DNA of 64,000 nucleotides from Candidatus Hodarchaeota archaeon (lineage in GTDB: Archaea > Asgardarchaeota > Heimdallarchaeia > Hodarchaeales > Hodarchaeaceae): positions 1-64,000 of the forward strand of contig JAHQWW010000007.1 of assembly GCA_029856365.1 (NCBI GenBank). Reading direction: 5' to 3'. Of the stretch, positions 39,146 through 47,094 are shown piece after piece. The position numbers and the translations under genes were made by a program. The notes under the pieces are model-generated. The model saw nothing but the letters and a program-made list of their open reading frames with translations. It was not told the DNA's origin and searched no databases. Every line of letters starts with the position of its first letter. Position 1 is the first letter of the stretch.

Positions 39146-39955
39146 CTAACGTTTTTTCTTCATGACTACCTTTTCAGAAACCTCATTAATCCGGTCACAA
39201 AGTGCAAGAAACAGTGCATGTAACCTTTCCAGATTCAAATCTTTGTTAATTCGTGCATAAATACGAATGGATGGATCATCAGCAGAATTGACAGAAATTC
39301 TAACAACTACTTTTCTAACATTATGAATCAGTTTCAAAAGGTTTTTATCACCGAGAAAGTATGTTCCTGTCCGTTGGGTGGTCGCTTTAACCAAAAAAAA
39401 ATCATCAAATCTTTTTACTCCGAGCTCGATGTCTTCAAGTGTAAACAGGAAATCTTGATGTTTTTTTATTTGACCTTCTTCATGTTTAGGTATGATCTGA
39501 ATCTTGGTAGGAATTTGAGAACGGATTTCTCCCTTTTTTGAGTTTGCCTCTAGTGCTATATAATCATTTACTCCTGCAAACCATGAGATGATGACTGATA
39601 ACATGAGATGCCTTTCTTCTAGGGCAAATACCACACGGAAGTCTTGAAAGGGTATATCATGTGATCTCTTGTACTTGGGAAGTAACAAACCCCCGTTTGA
39701 ACTCATTTCATCCATAACAAGATCATCGAATTCGTTTGTAAAGACTTCCAACAATGCTTCTCGTGATAATCGCATAATTTTGCGATTTTTTCGTCTTCCA
39801 GCCCATAAAAGGTAGAATGTAAAGAATAGAACCGTCCCTGGGCCTAAGAATATTAAAACATAGTCTATCATCCCATATCCTTCTTGGAGGAAAAAACGAG
39901 GAAAATTTTCTAGAGGAAACTCAAAAAATCCCAAATTCAACATCATTGAACTCAT
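39146..39955 (-). CDS. CCDC47/DUF1682-like single-pass membrane protein
   Basis: TM helix followed by GRRKNRKI...L...F and L..RH.MLS.I, paralleling CCDC47 GKNKN..LA and L..RQDLL; by-eye match only. Confidence 0.55.
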   Translation of the reverse strand: MSSMMLNLGFFEFPLENFPRFFLQEGYGMIDYVLIFLGPGTVLFFTFYLLWAGRRKNRKIMRLSREALLEVFTNEFDDLVMDEMSSNGGLLLPKYKRSHDIPFQDFRVVFALEERHLMLSVIISWFAGVNDYIALEANSKKGEIRSQIPTKIQIIPKHEEGQIKKHQDFLFTLEDIELGVKRFDDFFLVKATTQRTGTYFLGDKNLLKLIHNVRKVVVRISVNSADDPSIRIYARINKDLNLERLHALFLALCDRINEVSEKVVMKKKR

Positions 39956-40084
39956 GGCTCATAATTAGCTTGCAAATTTAAATTATTTTTCGTCGGAATC
40001 TTGTTTTTAATTTGCATTCTGTAGGAAAATGCTTCAATTCGTTGACGCTTTTCCCCTCAAAATATGTTAAATGACTAAGGGTTC

Positions 40085-40684
40085 TTAATGCTGTATAAAG
40101 CTAGCAATTTCCTTGTATCTGAAGGAATCTTTCCCATTTTCCCCTATAACTTGGTAAAATTGAAAAGCAGCACGACCAGAAATATCAATCTTGGTAGGTT
40201 CAATAACAAGTGCAATAGAAAGAGCATTGTGGAGCTGAAAAGAATAAATATGAGTTTTTATATCTGTTTGAGATAAAAATAGGCCATATCCAGGATGAGA
40301 ATGCCACCAACCAAGGCAATAATAGTCATCTTCCAATATATCTTCAAAAACCCTAAAATCTTCTTCAGAAAAAGAAACAGATACTTCATCACCTTCAGAA
40401 ACAAAAATGATTTTTAATATTTCCAATTCTTTGGGACGTAGTTCTTTCCCACCTAACAGACCAATAGCTTCCCTAGGCATAGATTTTACTGAATATTCAG
40501 TTATTTCATCAAGTAATTTTCCTAAGATTGATACTGACTTAACTTGGGGAGATGAAGGAATTTTTAACTTTTCGATTTCCGCTTGTTTACCAAAAAAGCC
40601 CTCTTGTATTTTATTAGTAGTCTTCCCTTCCGTTATTTTATAATTTTCTGCCCTCAATCCTTTTTGTTTATTATTGTCAGACAT
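40085..40684 (-). CDS. JAB1/MPN+ (JAMM) metalloisopeptidase
   Basis: EAIGLLGG and intact GWWHSHPGYGLFLSQTD (E...HxH...S..D). Confidence 0.93.
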   Translation of the reverse strand: MSDNNKQKGLRAENYKITEGKTTNKIQEGFFGKQAEIEKLKIPSSPQVKSVSILGKLLDEITEYSVKSMPREAIGLLGGKELRPKELEILKIIFVSEGDEVSVSFSEEDFRVFEDILEDDYYCLGWWHSHPGYGLFLSQTDIKTHIYSFQLHNALSIALVIEPTKIDISGRAAFQFYQVIGENGKDSFRYKEIASFIQH

Positions 40685-40716
40685 AGATCATCCACAATAC
40701 CAATTCCACAAGAAGT

Positions 40717-41259
40717 TTACTTTGCATGCTTCTTGGTCCAATCTTCAGCTGTTTCCCAGAATTTATCAAAATTTGTTTTCATCATCTCTCCAGCTTCAGG
40801 ATTAAAGGGATCATTTGGATCAACAAGATATTCTGGAAAATCTACATCCCCTGTTGCCTGATAAACATCTAACATCATTTCAACATGTTCAAAGACACTG
40901 GGCAAAGTTATCGTTTCCTTCCAACCACCAGGTTTCCCTAAGTTATTCCAATTCACAAGACTTAAGCATACATTGGAGCCCCAGTTCCATTGAGTTTTAC
41001 CAGTTGCAATATTAGGGTGATATATAGGAGTCAGAAAGTTGATAATTGGAGGTTTAAAGGGATATTCAGAAGGTAAGTCAAGAGTGATCTCCCATTTACC
41101 TCCCTCATAAGGAGTATTTTTCTTTCCTTTAATAGTCGCTTTGTAATGATGAAGGTCATTATTGACTATAGCCCATTTAATGGGACTTTTTTTCGGTGGA
41201 TAAGTTTTCAACATCCGTTTGAACTCTTCTCGTAGCCGTCTAGAGTGTAAATCCTGCAC
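40717..41259 (-). CDS. Ubiquitin-conjugating enzyme E2
   Basis: RRLREEF, TPYEGG, YPFKPP, YHPNI...VCLSL, DPFNPEA. Confidence 0.95.
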   Translation of the reverse strand: MQDLHSRRLREEFKRMLKTYPPKKSPIKWAIVNNDLHHYKATIKGKKNTPYEGGKWEITLDLPSEYPFKPPIINFLTPIYHPNIATGKTQWNWGSNVCLSLVNWNNLGKPGGWKETITLPSVFEHVEMMLDVYQATGDVDFPEYLVDPNDPFNPEAGEMMKTNFDKFWETAEDWTKKHAK

Positions 41260-41480
41260 GATCTTACCATCCTACCATTTTTATCATTATATAATCTATG
41301 ATAAATTATAATTTAATATCATTTAACGCTAAAGATAACTTATAAATTATACAAGGTTGCCGATATTTAAAGCTGTGGCTAGGAAATGGAAGAAAAGGTG
41401 TAGAATAAGCTAGCTTTTTAAGGTCTAAAGACTGACTCATCTTGCACGAACATTCCTCACATAATGGGTGATCAAAAAAA

Positions 41481-42275
41481 ATGGAGGATACACAAACTGA
41501 TATTTCTCAATGTAGCGGTTGTGGGGCGCCCCTTCCAATAAGACCAACATATCAACACCCTATAAAGTGTGAATACTGTGACCTGACAAATTATCTGAAA
41601 CGGGCCGCTATCACACCAGCAGAAGCACAAATGATGGATGCAGAAGAAGAAGCTGAAAATTATTATCTTATTTACCAAGAATCACAGAAAATTCTTGAAA
41701 ATTTTCCTGGGGAATTTGTTGGTGATGAAGTAAGTAAGATAAGGATAAAGATGCAAGTAAAAGAATACGCTTTTCCTCTCTTTCTTGTGTTGGATGATTT
41801 ACCTGACCGACCTTACATTGATGGCCCTGCTAAACTTAGAGAAATATTAGATTGTGAAATCAATGATTTAAAAGGAATGAAAAACTGGACTCCCGGTTCA
41901 GGTTCAGTACTGAGCGTGTTAGAAGAAATTTATCAGAAAGCTGAAGAAGGACTTCCCCGAGTCATGGAAGAACCCGTTATAGCGTCTTCTGAAGTTTCTT
42001 CTATAATTCAAGAAGAACGTGATCCTCTTATACGTCAAATCCTCGCGAATTATGATGCTTCAGCAGATAAAAAAGAGATTAATGTAAGATTTTATGCCCA
42101 GAATGGTGAAGTCATAAATTTTGTCATTAGGAGAAAAAAGAATTTACCTATAGGTCTTGAAAGTGATATTTTGACTAAATATCCTCTTATCCGAGGGCCT
42201 TTAGAGGATTATGCCAAAGGACGGATTGATATTCTTTCTACACTCTCAGAAATTGAACGTATGTTTTACACTTAA
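41481..42275 (+). CDS. Zinc-ribbon plus putative inactive E2-like (UEV/RWD) protein
   Basis: CSGCGAPL...CEYC; LPDRPYI...LKGMKNWTPG...VLSVLEEI resembles a UBC fold lacking HPN and the catalytic Cys. Confidence 0.5.
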   Translation: MEDTQTDISQCSGCGAPLPIRPTYQHPIKCEYCDLTNYLKRAAITPAEAQMMDAEEEAENYYLIYQESQKILENFPGEFVGDEVSKIRIKMQVKEYAFPLFLVLDDLPDRPYIDGPAKLREILDCEINDLKGMKNWTPGSGSVLSVLEEIYQKAEEGLPRVMEEPVIASSEVSSIIQEERDPLIRQILANYDASADKKEINVRFYAQNGEVINFVIRRKKNLPIGLESDILTKYPLIRGPLEDYAKGRIDILSTLSEIERMFYT

Positions 42276-42297
42276 GTTAATTAAGAAGGTGAAAATT

Positions 42298-42618
42298 ATG
42301 AGTAAAAAGGATGTAATTTGGGATTCTACTTCTACAGGAAAAACCCCTGACAGTGGTATTGAAAAAATGATTAAAATTCGCTTTAAGGATCCACAACTTC
42401 CTCCAGATCAAAATATTCGTGAAAAATACATCAACATTAACGGAACTGTATTTCAAGCAATCACAGCGGCTCGTGATGCATTTAATATTCCAGAAGTTGT
42501 ACCGATCGCTTTATTATTCAAGGGAAGAAGAATGAATCCTTCAAATAATCTTTCTTCCTATGGAATCGAACAAAATGCAATTCTCATGATAGTTCCAGAC
42601 CAGATTAAGGGGGGATAA
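42298..42618 (+). CDS. Ubiquitin-like modifier ending in di-glycine (UFM1/SUMO-like features)
   Basis: ATG 42298 after AAGGTGA SD; LLFKGRRM...LSSYGI...LMIVPDQIKGG*; directly upstream of the E1. Confidence 0.9.
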   Translation: MSKKDVIWDSTSTGKTPDSGIEKMIKIRFKDPQLPPDQNIREKYININGTVFQAITAARDAFNIPEVVPIALLFKGRRMNPSNNLSSYGIEQNAILMIVPDQIKGG

Positions 42619-42657
42619 TTCCCTCTTATTTTAATTTCAAAAGGAAGATTTCAGAGT

Positions 42658-43887
42658 ATGACACAGGATCTTCCTTCTTCCAAATATGACCGACAAGAAC
42701 GTCTATCTCTCTGGGATCAACATATCGTTGAAGATAGTGTAATTTTAATAGCAGGAGTAGGAGGGACAGGTAGCGAGGTAGCTAAGAACTTAGCTTTATT
42801 GGGTATTGGTGGTTTGATCCTTGTTGATGTTGACACCATAGAATTTTCTAACTTAAATCGTCAAATGTTGTTTAAAGAGGAGGATGTTGGGAAGAAAAAG
42901 GTAGAAATTGCAACAAAAAGGATTCGAGAGAGATTTAATCCCGATATAAAGATTGAAAGCTATTCAAACCTCCTCCAAAACTTACCACAAAGGATTTTTC
43001 ACAAAGTTGACATCATCGCAGGCTGTGTAGATAATTTTTTGGCGCGACAATATCTTAATGCTATGGCGGTTGAACTGAAAATACCTTTTATTGATTCAGC
43101 TACCGATGGTTATTTCGGACAAATCCAGTACATAAAGCCAAAAGATACTGCTTGTTTAGCTTGTGAAACACCCCAACCGCCTAATGAAACTCGAGTTTTA
43201 ACAGCTCCTTGTACCTTAGTGGGAGTTCCTCGTGTGAGAGAACATTGTGCTTGGAAAGCGCTTTATGAATTTAGTACTATCCATGAGCGTGAACCTATAG
43301 ATACCTCGGCTGAAGATATTGCTGAACTTACAAAATTAGCAAATAATTTTGCCTACGAGTACAATTTTGGGCAATTTGATGAAAAACAACTCTTACAATT
43401 AATACTTTTCCACGTACCCAGTCTGATCACTGTTAATGCGGTAGTCAGTGGTCTACAATCTCAAGAAATCATAAAGTCTCTCTTTTTAGAAAAAAAAGAT
43501 ATTATGAAAGAAAGGGAACGCAAAATCCTTGAAAATTTGCTAAAAGCTCATAGATTCCGCATCCCTTCATTTATCATATATTCTGCGTTAACAGGGACTA
43601 TTAATACATTCGATTTAGTTCCTGATCCAAGTTGTCTTGTTTGTGGTCAATCTAATACCGTTGTAGATTCCATCCAAATCGTAACAGTAGATCGTAAGTC
43701 AAGATTTGGATCTCTTCTTGATACGATTCGAGAAGAACATAATAAAGACTATGTTGGGTTTCGAGGAAATCTCATCATACCTGATGATGGTATCATCCAA
43801 AAATTTCTTTCTGATGGTGATCGGATAACTCTTAGTTCTTTAGCTGATGATGAAGAAATACGTTTGCAAATAAAATTTCTAAATTAA
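42658..43887 (+). CDS. Ubiquitin-activating enzyme E1 (UBA3/UBA2-like)
   Basis: YDRQ, GVGGTG, DVDTIEFSNLNRQ, CVDNFLAR, CLAC, catalytic PCTLVGVPRVREHC, CLVC, small C-terminal domain. Confidence 0.93.
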   Translation: MTQDLPSSKYDRQERLSLWDQHIVEDSVILIAGVGGTGSEVAKNLALLGIGGLILVDVDTIEFSNLNRQMLFKEEDVGKKKVEIATKRIRERFNPDIKIESYSNLLQNLPQRIFHKVDIIAGCVDNFLARQYLNAMAVELKIPFIDSATDGYFGQIQYIKPKDTACLACETPQPPNETRVLTAPCTLVGVPRVREHCAWKALYEFSTIHEREPIDTSAEDIAELTKLANNFAYEYNFGQFDEKQLLQLILFHVPSLITVNAVVSGLQSQEIIKSLFLEKKDIMKERERKILENLLKAHRFRIPSFIIYSALTGTINTFDLVPDPSCLVCGQSNTVVDSIQIVTVDRKSRFGSLLDTIREEHNKDYVGFRGNLIIPDDGIIQKFLSDGDRITLSSLADDEEIRLQIKFLN

Positions 43888-43995
43888 CGACACAATAACC
43901 TCTAGAGCATAAAATGTGACTTTCTCTTTATTTTTTTCCCTGTTTCCTCTATGCTCTTCAATTACTAGTTTCACACAAAATAGAAGTACTTTTAA

Positions 43996-44337
43996 TTACT
44001 TTTTATAAAATAATCGTATCTTGTCCCTTCTTTTGGGGAGAATTGGATTGATTTTCGGTTTCAGGTAAGGTTCTTTAAAACCAAGATCAGGGGCTTTTTC
44101 ATCAGTTAATCGGTCATAAATCTTTCCAATTACTTGATCTCGTGATTTTTGAGTGATTTGCGGCTTTTTATAGAATTTTCGAGCAACTCTAGGGCGGTGA
44201 TGGGGAATCTCCACGCGTTTCCCACACTTAGGACAATACCAACTCCCAGAGACAGGGAGATCTCGAGGAATATGACCACAATTTGCACATTTGAATTCAT
44301 TCTGAGCCATTATATTTTTTCCTCTGGCTTTTCCCAC
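43996..44337 (-). CDS. Small basic zinc-ribbon protein
   Basis: FKCANCG...WYCPKCG followed by a K/R/P-rich tail. Confidence 0.65.
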   Translation of the reverse strand: MGKARGKNIMAQNEFKCANCGHIPRDLPVSGSWYCPKCGKRVEIPHHRPRVARKFYKKPQITQKSRDQVIGKIYDRLTDEKAPDLGFKEPYLKPKINPILPKRRDKIRLFYKK

Positions 44338-44434
44338 TAAACTTCAATACTATAAAAGCCTAAAGATTTTATAAAAAAATATTTCTCGGTTTTTTCATAT
44401 AAAAATTTTACAGCAAGAGATCTGGGTCAGACCA

Positions 44435-46186
44435 ATGTTTGGGAGAAAAAGACAAAAATGGTTCACAGAAGCTCAAATGGCACATACTCTGCTTAAATTC
44501 CGTGAAATGGCACCAAGAGAAAACCCAAGCGTTATTGCTGCATTTTTGCGTGAAAAAATTGGTTCAAACGAGTTAAATGGCTTTGTTAGTTTTGATGACG
44601 AAAAATTCATCCCTAAAAAGTTCCTTCACCAATGGATATCTCGTGAATTGGCAACAAAAGGTTTTATAGACATATGTGATGTTATTGACACTACAAACTT
44701 ACCAGGTGAGCTACTAGAACACCAAATCAAATTGGCAGCTCAAAATATCGAGGGGTTCTTTGATATCATTCATCGAAAATTCTTCACCCTACAAGGAGCT
44801 AAAGCAGAAATCAAACAGAGAGTAAGTACAAATACCACAATGGATCTGAAATATCTCTTGAACCAACTCTATTGGACTGAAGAATACTTAGAAGGCGTTT
44901 TGGAGCTTATTGCCCAAGAAAATCAATTCATTGGTTACATTGATCCAATAAAAAAACGAATATATAATTTTACTCTTTTAAATTTCTCCTCTCCCTCAGA
45001 CATGCAAAAAAATATCAAATATCTCATTCGTTTTATAAATACAAGTTTTCAATTGGAATCTGAAGTCTCAGTTAACCATATTAGTAAATTAACACAACTA
45101 TCAGAAGAAGAATGTCTAGAATTTCTGGAAAGAATTCGAAACCAAATCAGCTTCATCTTTTCCGCTAACTACCATTATCTATATTCCACTATGGACATTA
45201 TGAACCAAATCTTGAAAGACATTTTCGTTTATCGAAATATTCCTATTGATTTCTGGATTCGACGTCTCGATGTAGACAGACCTGATTTTTTCAATATGCT
45301 AAATATTTTAAATCAGAGTTTAAAGGGAACTTTGTCTGTAGAAGATTTTAGTGCTTCTTCTTTAAGCGAATGGTTCGAAAATGGAATTGCTGTTGAGGAT
45401 TTAGCATCATCATTAAGTCTAGACCCATTAAAACTCTTAGATCGAATTCTCAAGTTAGCAAAGCTCCTTGGATTACGACTTATAGCAGGAGAAACCTCTG
45501 ATCCCTTTTTAGTTAAAGGTGTAAGATATTTTGAAATTTTTTGCCAAATAGACACGTCTTCTTATACGGATCCTGGTCTTTATTTCGAGTGTCAAAACTG
45601 TCGACGAATTATGTGCTCAAATTGCCGTTCTACAGGAAGTAAACATGAATGTCCGTTTTGTGGAAACATTTCTGCTTTTATTATCGATCTTCCTAGATAT
45701 TGTCCCCATTGTAGGGTTAACTACACTCACTCTTACAATTTAGTGAGCACAGAGGAATGCTATTTCTGCAAAAAGGGTCCTTTAAAAATTGGATGGACTG
45801 AATACGAACCAATCCCACTTAAATCATCTGAATTAGATCCAACTCTCTTAGAATTTCTTGAACAGTCATCTAAAGCTGAAATTCCACTCAAACAAATAAT
45901 AAATTTAATTAACCGCTCTGATAGCGAAACAATTAAACTATTAGAAAGCTACATCTTACGTGGTACGATTCAAGGGAGGATCAATATTCGAGAAATGACT
46001 TTACAATTAGCTTTACAAGAAGAAAAATTTCTTTGTGGTGTTTGTGAACTTTCTAAAACGGATTCTATCAATTATTTCTGCACATCTTGTGGCTTAAAAT
46101 TATGTACAGATTGCTATAAAGAGATGAGCATAGTAGGAATGATTTTTTGTCCTGAATGTGGGGGAAGTTTGCAGGAGAACAAATAA
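44435..46186 (+). CDS. Winged-helix (PCI/UFL1-like) repeat protein with two RING-like zinc fingers; candidate E3 ligase
   Basis: Repeated WH signatures (IEGFFD, FIGYID, TIQGRI); CQID...CQNC...CSNC...CPFC; CPHC...CYFC; C-terminal CGVC...CTSC...CTDC...CPEC. Confidence 0.7.
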   Translation: MFGRKRQKWFTEAQMAHTLLKFREMAPRENPSVIAAFLREKIGSNELNGFVSFDDEKFIPKKFLHQWISRELATKGFIDICDVIDTTNLPGELLEHQIKLAAQNIEGFFDIIHRKFFTLQGAKAEIKQRVSTNTTMDLKYLLNQLYWTEEYLEGVLELIAQENQFIGYIDPIKKRIYNFTLLNFSSPSDMQKNIKYLIRFINTSFQLESEVSVNHISKLTQLSEEECLEFLERIRNQISFIFSANYHYLYSTMDIMNQILKDIFVYRNIPIDFWIRRLDVDRPDFFNMLNILNQSLKGTLSVEDFSASSLSEWFENGIAVEDLASSLSLDPLKLLDRILKLAKLLGLRLIAGETSDPFLVKGVRYFEIFCQIDTSSYTDPGLYFECQNCRRIMCSNCRSTGSKHECPFCGNISAFIIDLPRYCPHCRVNYTHSYNLVSTEECYFCKKGPLKIGWTEYEPIPLKSSELDPTLLEFLEQSSKAEIPLKQIINLINRSDSETIKLLESYILRGTIQGRINIREMTLQLALQEEKFLCGVCELSKTDSINYFCTSCGLKLCTDCYKEMSIVGMIFCPECGGSLQENK

Positions 46187-46193
46187 CTCTATC

Positions 46194-47084
46194 TCATGAC
46201 ATCTGAGCTTTAAATTGAGCCAATTTTTTAGAATACTTATCTGTAAGTTCCTTGTACTTTTGTTCTGAGATTTTACCACTGAGAAACATTTCATCAGCTT
46301 GCTCAAGCATTTGTTCATACTTTTTCACTTTCTCTGTTATGTCATCAAGCGACTTTCTTTCTTCTGTCAACTCTCGACGTTGCTCTAAAACTTGCTTCTC
46401 GACTTCATACGATAACAAGGCTTGATATTCATCAGGTACCTTGAAACCTCCAATATCCAAGCCAACTAATTCTAATCCCCAACGAGAGGTTTCGGGTCCA
46501 AGCTCTGAACGAGTTTGGATTTCCAAGCTTCTACGTTCCTTGAGCATCTCGGGTACAGAATATCGTGACAATACATGTTTTACTGCTGCGATGATCGTTT
46601 GCTTGACCCAATTCTTCAATTCATCTCCAGAATAATATTTCTTATGCGAAACAATGTTCATAATAAAATTACGGGGATTGACAACCCTCATACGAGAAAT
46701 ACCATAAGAACCTACCATTATATTATCAGAAGTATAAATCCCAGGTGTTCCCCATTTGATAATGAATTCTCGTTTGGTTACCCAGATAATTTCACTTCCA
46801 GGCTGTTTTGCACTCTTATCAAGCTCATAAATACCACTTCCTGCGATCCCCACTAAAGATCCAGATTGTAGCAAAATGGCATTTTCTGGGTCTTTAACAA
46901 TGAATCCATCATACTTCCGAAAACCATCAAGATCTTCGGATTTAATCCTACAAATCAATGAACTTTTTGCTTCTGGGCCAAAATCTGAACTCAAAATCGA
47001 TTTTCCCTTAAATTTCTTTGTTCCAATATGTACAGTATCGCCTATTCTACGAAATAATCCACCATATTTCTCTACTTCTGCCAT
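46194..47084 (-). CDS. SPFH/band 7 domain protein with C-terminal coiled coil and SHOCT-like helix
   Basis: IVKDPENAILLQSG, IKWGT, YG...RVVNP..F, WGLELVGLDI, FLSGKISEQKY. Confidence 0.82.
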   Translation of the reverse strand: MAEVEKYGGLFRRIGDTVHIGTKKFKGKSILSSDFGPEAKSSLICRIKSEDLDGFRKYDGFIVKDPENAILLQSGSLVGIAGSGIYELDKSAKQPGSEIIWVTKREFIIKWGTPGIYTSDNIMVGSYGISRMRVVNPRNFIMNIVSHKKYYSGDELKNWVKQTIIAAVKHVLSRYSVPEMLKERRSLEIQTRSELGPETSRWGLELVGLDIGGFKVPDEYQALLSYEVEKQVLEQRRELTEERKSLDDITEKVKKYEQMLEQADEMFLSGKISEQKYKELTDKYSKKLAQFKAQMS

Positions 47085-47094
47085 AAGATTTCAC

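Noticed and set aside
42211-42297. N-terminal 29 aa of the track ORF for the Ubl
   Set aside because: Overlaps the upstream gene; the SD-preceded ATG at 42298 is the better start
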